Below are positions 8,450 to 17,465 of a DNA stretch of 64,000 nt, piece by piece (position 1 is the stretch's first letter; each line of letters begins with the position of its first letter). The stretch comes from Alphaproteobacteria bacterium. GTDB taxonomy: Bacteria > Pseudomonadota > Alphaproteobacteria > Caulobacterales > Parvularculaceae. The notes under the pieces are model-generated. The model saw nothing but the letters and a program-made list of their open reading frames with translations, was not told the origin of the DNA and ran no database searches. The translations under genes were made by a program, and so were the position numbers. The stretch covers positions 11,445-75,444 of the forward strand of contig WGLT01000008.1 of NCBI GenBank assembly GCA_016125425.1, in the 5' to 3' direction.

Positions 8450-9541
8450 TCAGGCGCGCGGATGTTCCGACAGGCGCTCGACATAAGCCCGCGGCGTCAG
8501 CCCGTTCCATTCCTTGAAAGCGCGGTTGAAGCTGCGGAAGTCGGAAAATCCGAGCGCTTCTGCGATGTCGGCGATGGGCCGGTTCCGGCGCAGCAGCGTT
8601 TGCGCCGCTCCGTTCAGGACCTCCTTGCGGATTTCGCGAAAGCTCGCGCCCTCCTCCGAAAGCCGCCGGCGCAGCGTCGCCACGCTAACCCCGAGCGCGA
8701 AAGCGACTTCACGCTGATCGACAACGCCCTTGCGCATTTGTTCGCGCACGGCCGAAGCGGCGCCGAAGAATCCGCGGCCGGCTTTTCCTCGCGCCTCGAC
8801 CGTTTCGATCACATGTCCGTAGACTTCGCTCGCGGTCAGAATTTTCGGCCGGGGCAGCGTTACCGGCGATTGCGCGGCTTCATGGTCGTATTCGATTTCA
8901 TAAGCCGGCGCGCCGTAATGGACCGGCACTTCCCAGAATTCCAGTTGCCCGGCGCCGGCTGAGCCGCGCGGGCGCGTCACCGAGACTGATTTTAATCCGT
9001 GCGCGCTTTCAGGCGCGATCATCGAGAACATGCAGAAAAGGTAGATCTGCACGCATTCCATCGCGAAGCGCGTATGATCGACGTCATCCTTGATCCGATA
9101 CGGGAAATTGCGGTCGTCGGTGACCAGAGCGACCGCGCCGCCATGGCGCTTGCGCACGCTGTTATGTTCGCCGCCGTGCAGAAGATTGTAATAGTCGGCG
9201 ACGAGCTTCATCGCATCATGAAGCGTTTTCGCATCCTGCAGATGCGAAAGGATAAACTCCGTCGTTCCCGGCAGAAGCTGGCGCTGCGAAAGCTGGCAGG
9301 TCTCGTCCTTGACTGCCACGGAAATACGATCACGAAGGCGAAAATAGGCCGAAAGCGGCGCCGTCGCGCCGTCGACGCCCGCCCAAAGGTCGGCGGGAAG
9401 GCCGATTTCGGAGAGAATGGCGCCGACATCGACGCCGGCCTGGGCGGCGATCTCGACGAGCGGAAGCATCTGGCGCGCCTCAATCCGGATCGCGCCGCCC
9501 CCCGCCCCGTCTGTCAAACCATGTTCTTCCGCAGCAGACAT
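8450..9541 (-). CDS. AraC-family transcriptional regulator (full length)
   Basis: 363-aa ORF. C-terminal double HTH (VATLRRRLSEEGASFREIRKEVL ... IADIAEALGFSDFRSFNRAFKEWNGLTPRAY) and a ~250-aa N-terminal effector-type domain. Confidence 0.9.
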   Translation of the reverse strand: MSAAEEHGLTDGAGGGAIRIEARQMLPLVEIAAQAGVDVGAILSEIGLPADLWAGVDGATAPLSAYFRLRDRISVAVKDETCQLSQRQLLPGTTEFILSHLQDAKTLHDAMKLVADYYNLLHGGEHNSVRKRHGGAVALVTDDRNFPYRIKDDVDHTRFAMECVQIYLFCMFSMIAPESAHGLKSVSVTRPRGSAGAGQLEFWEVPVHYGAPAYEIEYDHEAAQSPVTLPRPKILTASEVYGHVIETVEARGKAGRGFFGAASAVREQMRKGVVDQREVAFALGVSVATLRRRLSEEGASFREIRKEVLNGAAQTLLRRNRPIADIAEALGFSDFRSFNRAFKEWNGLTPRAYVERLSEHPRA

Positions 9542-9643
9542 CAGCCCATCCCGGCTTTCCTCCTTCGCCTATATTCGCATGCAAGACGCGCGCGAAACAA
9601 GCGAAAGAGCCGGCGGCAGGCGCGGCGCCGCGCAGCAAGCGCG

Positions 9644-9943
9644 TCAGGCGTCGTAGCGCGGCGTGCGGCTCGAAAGGTATTCCCGCGCGAGACGTTGAGC
9701 CTCGGCGATTTGTTCTGGCGTCATTTCCTTCGCCAGTTCGGCGCGGTAGGCGCGCGCCTCGATATTGCCCTGCATTGCGGCGAGGTTGAACCATTTGTGC
9801 GCGGTGATGAGATCGAATTCGCCGTCCTGGCCCAGCGTCGACGCCGCAAGGCCCAAGCGATACATTTCCTCGCCGCTCATGATCGGTTCGGCCGTCGCGA
9901 CCGCCGCGGCCGGAATCGATACAGACATGTTTCGCCCCTTCAT
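9644..9943 (-). CDS. Sel1-repeat (TPR-like) small protein
   Basis: 99-aa ORF with a GAGGGGGG SD 6 nt upstream of ATG 9941-9943. Sel1-type repeat AHKWFNLAAMQGNIEARAYRAELAKEM. Confidence 0.7.
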   Translation of the reverse strand: MKGRNMSVSIPAAAVATAEPIMSGEEMYRLGLAASTLGQDGEFDLITAHKWFNLAAMQGNIEARAYRAELAKEMTPEQIAEAQRLAREYLSSRTPRYDA

Positions 9944-9972
9944 TGCATCCCCCCTCGCGACTTCCGCCAGGG

Positions 9973-10062
9973 TTAACCATGAGGAGCATGTAAGCTTGGA
10001 AGCTAATTTCTGGTGAACAAGACGTTAGCAATTGGTTGCCGCTTCGCTAACCATGGGTTAAC
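9973..10062. promoter_or_regulatory. CtrA-type motifs in the Sel1-gene promoter region
   Basis: Exact TTAACCAT at 9973-9980, and CTAACCATGGGTTAAC at 10047-10062 (one mismatch to TTAA-N7-TTAAC). Confidence 0.3.
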
Positions 10063-10102
10063 AGAGACGGAATTACTCCGTGTACGAACATCGATTTTCG
10101 GC

Positions 10103-10519
10103 TTAGGCGGGCGCGTCCGATTTCGGCGCTTTCCTGCGCATTTTTTCGAAAGTTCCGAGCGAGCACGTCCCGCGCAGCATGCCTGACTGATTGTCGACGA
10201 TCCGGATGATTTGCCCTGAGCAAATGCGCGTTCCAGGCTTCACATATTCGACGCGCGAATTCCAATGCGTTGCGCCCGTGCAGGCGCTGGACGTCGCGCT
10301 CAGATAATAATCCGGACCGGCTTTGACGAGAAAGCTGGTCTCGGTCAGCGGCTTGATCTTGTCGATTGTTCGCGCGCTCAGGCACTCGACCGTTTCGCCC
10401 GCCGGCTCATATTTGCTGAGGAATTCGGAATCAGCGAAACTGATTTGCTGAACGCCGGCCGCAACGGCCGACCCCGCAAAAACGGCCGCGGCGGCGGCCA
10501 AAACAGGATAAGTCTTCAT
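10103..10519 (-). CDS. secreted Cys-containing hypothetical protein
   Basis: 138-aa ORF. Signal peptide MKTYPVLAAAAAVFAGSAVAAG, five Cys in the mature part. No family recognised. Confidence 0.6.
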   Translation of the reverse strand: MKTYPVLAAAAAVFAGSAVAAGVQQISFADSEFLSKYEPAGETVECLSARTIDKIKPLTETSFLVKAGPDYYLSATSSACTGATHWNSRVEYVKPGTRICSGQIIRIVDNQSGMLRGTCSLGTFEKMRRKAPKSDAPA

Positions 10520-10584
10520 AAGCTTTCTCCAGTCCGCCCAATCGCCCTTCGCCCTAGCCGCGCCTGTCCGTTATAAACCTTATG

Positions 10585-10614
10585 CCCTAAAATAGGGACT
10601 CACGCCGGCGTGAG
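10585..10614 (-). terminator. double hairpin after gatB
   Basis: Perfect 16-bp palindrome CTCACGCCGGCGTGAG (10599-10614) starts 9 nt past the gatB stop. On the transcribed strand it is followed by CCCTATTTTAGGG (10585-10597). Confidence 0.55.
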
Positions 10615-10622
10615 CGGCCCGC

Positions 10623-12095
<1,473 letters not shown>

Positions 12096-12325
12096 TTCCC
12101 GTTCCTTGATGCGAACCGACAGTCCTTAAGCATTTTATTGGCGTTTTGGGAACACTCCCGCGCGCGCCGGACCCGAAAACCGCCGCAATTTGAGGGACTT
12201 CCGCGCATTCGCGCCGCCGGCCCGAAACCGCGCTTAACCGCTCCGAAAGGCTGAGCGGCGGACTTATCCACCCCCGACGGGCCGGCCTTATCCTTTTTCG
12301 CCACAGCAGAGGAAAGGAGAGCCCG

Positions 12326-12625
12326 ATGGCTTGCTTCACCGCCTATGAGGCCCGGCGGAATTTCGGGGCCGTTCTCAAAGCCGCGGACGAGGGCGCTGTC
12401 GTCATCTCGAAGCATGGCCGCAATGGCTATGTCCTGATGCCGATGTGGGCGTTCGTCACTTATGAACATATCCGGCAGGCGAACGCCGAAGGCCGCCTCG
12501 CCGTCAGCTATGATACGGCGGTCGCGAAATATCGCGAAGGGGACCGGGAGACGGCGTTCAAAATCATCCGCGAGACAAATTCCCTGATGAAAAGACTGCT
12601 CGAAGACGTAACCCGCAGGCGCTGA
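12326..12625 (+). CDS. Phd/YefM-family type II antitoxin-like protein (no cognate toxin seen)
   Basis: 99-aa ORF, AGGAAAGGAG SD before the ATG. N-terminus FTAYEARRNFGAVLKAADEGAVVISKHGRNGYVLMP is the classic Phd/YefM fold signature. Confidence 0.75.
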   Translation: MACFTAYEARRNFGAVLKAADEGAVVISKHGRNGYVLMPMWAFVTYEHIRQANAEGRLAVSYDTAVAKYREGDRETAFKIIRETNSLMKRLLEDVTRRR

Positions 12626-12636
12626 GCCGGCGCGCC

Positions 12637-12739
12637 CGGATTGCGCAATCCGAAAAGCGCCGAATCTGATCGACCCGCATTTTTTCTGCGGTTCCGGGCG
12701 ATATTGCGCAATTCGCATTTCGCCGGATTGCGCAATCCG
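12637..12739. repeat. array of CGGATTGCGCAATCCG palindromes
   Basis: Perfect 16-bp palindrome at 12637-12652 and again at 12724-12739. Core ATTGCGCAAT also at 12703-12712, and a 2-nt-shorter ATTGCAAT at 12830-12837. Lies in the convergent gap between the Phd-like gene and the DUF3501 gene. Confidence 0.8.
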
Positions 12740-12878
12740 ACACGCGGCGCGCGAGGCCCCGCCAGTCATTTCTCCGTATGCGATGTTCGCCGCTTCGCTC
12801 ATCTCGGTGAGATGGTCGCGCGCGAGAAAATTGCAATCGGGAATTTCTGAATGCGCGCGCGCCCGATTGGCGCCTGCG

Positions 12879-13496
12879 TCAGGCCAGATCGCCTTCGAGC
12901 GCGGCTTTCGCGTCCGGCTGCAACAGCGTCATATGCGGATAGTTCGGATGCCTGACGCCGAGAACGACGTCCCCTTCATGCGCCTTGAACGCCCCGGCCT
13001 CTTCGTCCGTGAAGGGAAAATGCAGGAACTGCACGGACGAGGCCTTGCCTTCGGCGCTTGTGCGATCGACGTCCTGTTCGGGAACGGCTTTGATCTCATG
13101 CTCGCCGAAGCGAAGGAAGACCGTCTCCTCGACGCCGCCAAGACGGGCGAGAACGCTCTTCCTCAACTTTTCGTCGTCGATTTCGAACATCAAGGTCGCG
13201 ACCAGTTCGCGCCCATTGGGAACTAAAGTCGAATAGGCGGCGAGTTCGTCGGCGATCTGGGCCTCGCCGCCCTTTTCAATGCGCAGCATTTCGTGGATCT
13301 GCATCCACATCGTATCGTAATTTTCGAAATAGAACGTAGCGTGAGGCCCGATCGGAACGCGACGGCGCTTCTTGATCTCAATCAGCGCCTTTCGCTTTTC
13401 CGCGCGGACTTTTTCATACTCCGCCAAGGGCAGAATATCGTTGCGGCCGATCGAAAAGCGCGAGCGGGCGGCCTTGAGATTGACGACGTCGGACAT
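12879..13496 (-). CDS. DUF3501-family protein
   Basis: ORF 12879..13511 starts at TTG. I prefer ATG 13494-13496 (MSDVVNL...), preceded by a GAGGAA SD. About 205 aa, and it sits beside a CCG Fe-S protein and rubrerythrin as DUF3501 genes usually do (family recalled from memory, not searched). Confidence 0.7.
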   Translation of the reverse strand: MSDVVNLKAARSRFSIGRNDILPLAEYEKVRAEKRKALIEIKKRRRVPIGPHATFYFENYDTMWMQIHEMLRIEKGGEAQIADELAAYSTLVPNGRELVATLMFEIDDEKLRKSVLARLGGVEETVFLRFGEHEIKAVPEQDVDRTSAEGKASSVQFLHFPFTDEEAGAFKAHEGDVVLGVRHPNYPHMTLLQPDAKAALEGDLA

Positions 13497-13523
13497 CGAT
13501 ACTTTCCTCAATTTCGAACCGGC

Positions 13524-14900
13524 TTAAAGACCGTAGGCCTTCGCAAAGATTTCGATCGGATGCCAGGAGCGCGCGGGCGCCGCGCCCTCCTCCAGCCTGT
13601 CGACGCCGGTGCGGATGTGATCGCAGGCGAGCGGACAGGTCGACACGATGAAGGCGTTATGGACCTGAAGCGCCTTGCTCGCGACGGGCCTGCCGACCTT
13701 GAGCGCCGTCTCGTGATGGGCTTTCTTGACGCCCCAGGAGCCGCCATGGCCGGAGCAGCGCTCGATCACCGTAAGCTCCGTATCCGGAATAAGCTTCAAG
13801 AGCTCGGTCGACTTCTGGCCGATGTTCTGCGCGCGGCTATGACAGGAAATATGCAGGGTGACGCCGCCCTTGACAGGCTTCAGTCCTTCCGCAAGGCCCT
13901 CCTTTTTCGCCAGATCGACAAAGAACTCGTCGAAATCCATCGTCGCCGCCGAAAGCGCCTTCACATTTTCGTCCTCGGGCAGGATGAGAGGCCATTCGAA
14001 TTTCAGCATCAAGGAGCATGACGGCGTGAGCCCCATGATCGTATAGCCTTCGTCGACGAGCGGACGCAGCGCTTTCGAGACCTTGGCGGCGTTCTTGGCG
14101 ACCTTTTCGAGATTGCCCTGCTCGAGCTCCGGCATGCCGCAGCAGGCGGGATAGACGACCTTCGCGTCGACGCCGTTTTTGGCCAGAACCGCGAGCGCGG
14201 CCTCGCCGATCTCCGGCTTGTTGTAGTTTGCAAAACAGGTCGCATAGAGCGCGACTTTGCGCTTGCCGAAGGCCGGCGCGGCCGAATTGATCTGGCGCGG
14301 CTTGCGGGCGCGCGCTGTCAATGTGCGCATGTTGAAACGCGGCAGTTCGGCGTCAGGATCGATATCGGCGAGCTTGTTGATGAGAGGGCGCGCGGTCTTG
14401 TTCTCCCGCGCGGTCGCCCAGTTGACGAGCCCCGCCACCGGCCGGGCGAGCGTTCCGTTGCGGTCCGTCTTCACAAGCTGGTCGTCGGCGAATTTGGTTT
14501 CGCCTTTTTTCTTCTCGATCGCGCGGTGGCGCAACATCAGATGCGGAAAATCGACATTGAATTCATGCGGCGGCACATAGGGGCACTTCGTCATGAAGCA
14601 CATGTCGCACAGCGTGCAGCCGTCGACGACCTTCTTCACGTCGTCCTTTGTCAGATCGTCGACGGATTCGTTTTTCGATTCGTCGATCAGATCGAACAGG
14701 GTCGGAAAACTGTCGCAAAGATTGAAGCAGCGCCGGCAGGAATGGCAAATCTCGGCGACCCGCCGGAATTCCTTGTCGAAGGCGGCCTCGTCATAGAATT
14801 CAGCCTCGCGCCAGCGAAGCGGGTGTCGCATGGGCGCATCGAGCGAGCCCTCGCGCGGGCGTTGGGCCTGCGCGGGCGCGGCGGCGTCGTCATTCGACAT
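13524..14900 (-). CDS. HdrD/GlpC-like (Fe-S)-binding protein with two 4Fe-4S motifs and CCG domains
   Basis: 458-aa ORF. CHSCRRCFNLC and CTLCDMCFMTKCP ferredoxin-type motifs. Cys-rich CCG-type segments ATCFANYN, PACCGMPE, PSCSLM, ERCSGHGGSWG. Confidence 0.85.
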   Translation of the reverse strand: MSNDDAAAPAQAQRPREGSLDAPMRHPLRWREAEFYDEAAFDKEFRRVAEICHSCRRCFNLCDSFPTLFDLIDESKNESVDDLTKDDVKKVVDGCTLCDMCFMTKCPYVPPHEFNVDFPHLMLRHRAIEKKKGETKFADDQLVKTDRNGTLARPVAGLVNWATARENKTARPLINKLADIDPDAELPRFNMRTLTARARKPRQINSAAPAFGKRKVALYATCFANYNKPEIGEAALAVLAKNGVDAKVVYPACCGMPELEQGNLEKVAKNAAKVSKALRPLVDEGYTIMGLTPSCSLMLKFEWPLILPEDENVKALSAATMDFDEFFVDLAKKEGLAEGLKPVKGGVTLHISCHSRAQNIGQKSTELLKLIPDTELTVIERCSGHGGSWGVKKAHHETALKVGRPVASKALQVHNAFIVSTCPLACDHIRTGVDRLEEGAAPARSWHPIEIFAKAYGL

Positions 14901-14928
14901 CGATCATACCTGCCAGGGCGAAAGGGGG

Positions 14929-14956
14929 CCGGGACGGCGGGAGAGCGCCGCCCCGG
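14929..14956 (-). other. intercistronic hairpin between rubrerythrin and the Fe-S gene
   Basis: CCGGGACGGCG (14929-14939) and CGCCGCCCCGG (14946-14956) form an 11-bp stem with one mismatch and a 6-nt loop, inside the 73-nt gap. Confidence 0.45.
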
Positions 14957-14973
14957 ACTGGGAGAACGCCGCG

Positions 14974-15396
14974 CTAGGCGCTGGCGATCTCGTCGAGCGT
15001 CTTCTGGAACTTGCCGGCGTGAGACTTCTCGGCTTTCGCGAGCGTCTCGAACCAGTCGGCGATTTCGTCGAAGCCTTCTTCGCGCGCCGTGCGCGCCATG
15101 CCCGGATACATGTCGGTGTATTCGTGCGTTTCGCCGGCGATCGCGGCCTTGAGATTGGCCTTGGTGTCGCCGATCGGCTCGCCCGTCGCCGGATCGCCGA
15201 CCTCCTCGAGGAATTCGAGATGGCCATGCGCGTGGCCGGTCTCGCCTTCCGCGGTCGAGCGGAACACGGCGGCGACGTCGTTGAAGCCTTCGACGTCGGC
15301 TTTCTGCGCGAAATAAAGATAGCGGCGGTTCGCCTGGCTCTCGCCGGCGAAAGCGGCCTTGAGGTTTTCTTCTGTCTTCGAACCTTTGAGAGGCAT
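14974..15396 (-). CDS. rubrerythrin-family diiron protein without rubredoxin domain
   Basis: ORF 14974..15639 trimmed to ATG 15394-15396 (MPLKGSKTEENLKAAFAGESQANRRYLYF), AAGGAG SD upstream. Two E...ExxH ferritin-like halves (EGETGHAH, ETHEY...EKSHAGKF). No Cys, so no C-terminal rubredoxin. Confidence 0.9.
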   Translation of the reverse strand: MPLKGSKTEENLKAAFAGESQANRRYLYFAQKADVEGFNDVAAVFRSTAEGETGHAHGHLEFLEEVGDPATGEPIGDTKANLKAAIAGETHEYTDMYPGMARTAREEGFDEIADWFETLAKAEKSHAGKFQKTLDEIASA

Positions 15397-15508
15397 TCTC
15401 ATTCTCCTTGCATGGAGCGCGGCAACTCGTTGAAAGTCCAAGCGCTTGTCGACGCCATGATCATGTCGCATCGCAGCGTCAAAGGGAAATTCAAAATGCC
15501 GAAGCGCG

Positions 15509-16288
15509 CTATCGAATTTCCTGAAGGCCGGCGCGGCGCTCGGCCCGCGCGATGACGTCGCGCACCGCGTCGAAAAGCCGCTGCGGCGTCTGCAATTCGA
15601 GATAATGCGTCCCGCCGCGGACAAGATCGAAGGCGACATCGGCGCCCGGCCGGAATTTCTCGCCCAGCGCCCGCGCGTCCGACAGCGCGACCAGCGTGTC
15701 GAGATCGCCGTGCATGATCGTCACCGGAACCGAAAGCAACTTCAACCGTTCAAAGAGCGGGCCGATCTGCGCGCGGCGGCCTTCGACTTCGGCGCGGGCG
15801 TTATGCGCATAGCGCGGCAGCAGGTGTTTGAAGCCCGGCCAGTCGGCCATCTGCATCGCGCCGGCGACATAGGACCGCGGTTCGGTGACGAGCGCGGCGA
15901 CCGTGACGACGCCGAAAACGCGGCCCGGATAGTCAAGCGCGGCCTTGAGCGCCAATAGCCCGCCATAGGAAACGCCGAGCGCAATGGTCTTCTTGCCGTC
16001 GTCCCTGTCGAAAAGCGGGGCGATGGCGCCGATCTGGTCGTCGAAGGAAAGGACGGGCGGGCGCGCTTTCGGCCCCCAGAGCGGGCCGCCATAGCCGGCC
16101 CGGTTGGGGACGACGACCTCGATGTCCGTCGGCGCCTCGCGCAAGAAGCGCGAGAACATATGCGGGCGGCTCGGCGTTCCCGGAATGGCGACGACGCGCC
16201 ACTCGGCGTCCGAAGCCGCGATATCGGCGGTCATCTCATAGCCGCCGAGAATCGGGGCTTCGTAGCGGATGCGGGAACGGCGGTTCAT
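15509..16288 (-). CDS. alpha/beta-fold hydrolase
   Basis: 259-aa ORF. GVSYGGLLA nucleophile elbow, IMHGDLDTLV and GGTHY triad-type motifs. Alternative start ATG 16232-16234. Confidence 0.8.
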   Translation of the reverse strand: MNRRSRIRYEAPILGGYEMTADIAASDAEWRVVAIPGTPSRPHMFSRFLREAPTDIEVVVPNRAGYGGPLWGPKARPPVLSFDDQIGAIAPLFDRDDGKKTIALGVSYGGLLALKAALDYPGRVFGVVTVAALVTEPRSYVAGAMQMADWPGFKHLLPRYAHNARAEVEGRRAQIGPLFERLKLLSVPVTIMHGDLDTLVALSDARALGEKFRPGADVAFDLVRGGTHYLELQTPQRLFDAVRDVIARAERRAGLQEIR

Positions 16289-16303
16289 GCTGCGGCGACG
16301 CTC

Positions 16304-17413
16304 TTAACCCAGATCCCTCTTCGAATTTGAAGATGTCTTTCCAAAAGAATTTCCGAATATCGCCGAAGGCCGCCGCGGGAGCAGGAAACCGCCATTCACG
16401 AAGCGTCTTGACGCGATGCGCGCGGGCTCTTCGACTAACCTCCATATTGCATATGAAAGAAGCAGCACAATAGCGGTCAGCAGCAAACCAAAAAATAAAG
16501 TCTCGGCGCCCGTCATGCCGCCATGAAAGGTTTTGCGATAGTAAGCCTGCCACATTTTATAGACTGGATAATGGCACATATAGAGTGAATAGCTTATCAA
16601 ACCCAACCCGTATAAAGGTCCGCTGGACAACGACCGTTGCAACAGCCCTCTCGCGACTGACAGGTGCAATATAAGAAGCGCCATCGGCGGCACGACCAAC
16701 CAGTCTGGAAGATCGAAAATCCAGACGCAGCCGAGAAGAGCGCCCGCAGCGAAGCCCACGGCGTTCGAGCCGACTAATTTCGGGACCTTGACGCTCGCAA
16801 GCCACATGCCGAGCGGGAAGCCCAAGAGGCAGCGCCACAGCCCCGTTTGCCAGCCAGCGCCGAAATTCGTTCCATGACGATATATGTAAAATGCGATCCA
16901 CCCCAAACAGACGGGAATGATGAATGCGCCGGCGAGAGAGCGCCTCAAATACGCGAATGCGGGGAAGGCGAGATATGCAGCCCACTCGGCCGAAATTGAC
17001 CAAGCAGGCATATTCCAACTGTATGCTCCCCAGGGCGGCCACGCTTGGATCAACGCCAAGTTTTCCAAGAGTCCGATCGGCGTATCCCGCCAATAAAACA
17101 ACGGGAGGCCGCGCATAGCGTTCGCATAGCCGAAGGCTAGAATCGCAAGCGCAAACGTGAAGATATGCACGGGGTAGATACGGCCTAACCGCAGCACGAG
17201 AAAACGAAGAATCTCACCAAGCGATTTCACTTTGCCTGAATAAGCTCTCGCAATAACGAATCCTGAAAGCATGAAGAACAAATCGACCCATAACGTAATG
17301 CGCGACGGGGCCGGAAATTCATTATGGAAATGCCCCCAAGCCACGAGGGTTGCAGCGACGCCGCGAAGACCCGTCAAACCTCGAATCTCGTTTGCGATTA
17401 ATTTAGTCGACAT
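16304..17413 (-). CDS. acyltransferase family 3 (OafA/NolL-like) integral membrane protein
   Basis: 369-aa ORF. N-terminal EIRGLTGLRGVAATLVAWGHF motif and roughly ten hydrophobic helices. Local GC about 40-50% in my sampled 60-nt lines versus about 65-70% in the flanks. Confidence 0.85.
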   Translation of the reverse strand: MSTKLIANEIRGLTGLRGVAATLVAWGHFHNEFPAPSRITLWVDLFFMLSGFVIARAYSGKVKSLGEILRFLVLRLGRIYPVHIFTFALAILAFGYANAMRGLPLFYWRDTPIGLLENLALIQAWPPWGAYSWNMPAWSISAEWAAYLAFPAFAYLRRSLAGAFIIPVCLGWIAFYIYRHGTNFGAGWQTGLWRCLLGFPLGMWLASVKVPKLVGSNAVGFAAGALLGCVWIFDLPDWLVVPPMALLILHLSVARGLLQRSLSSGPLYGLGLISYSLYMCHYPVYKMWQAYYRKTFHGGMTGAETLFFGLLLTAIVLLLSYAIWRLVEEPARIASRRFVNGGFLLPRRPSAIFGNSFGKTSSNSKRDLG

Positions 17414-17465
17414 GCCGCCCCCGGCCTTCCATCATACATGACCGGCTGCCGAAGAGATGGCCTGT

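Noticed and set aside
12637-12837. Palindromic repeat array considered as a CRISPR array.
   Set aside because: Only two exact and two degenerate copies, 16 bp long, with irregular spacing (51-90 nt). There is no leader and no cas genes anywhere in the window.
15485-15521. Inverted repeat GGAAATTC ... GAATTTCC spanning the stop of the alpha/beta hydrolase gene, considered as a terminator or operator upstream of rubrerythrin.
   Set aside because: The 21-nt loop and 8-bp AT-rich stem give a weak structure. It overlaps coding sequence and has no U-run, so there is not enough support to call it.
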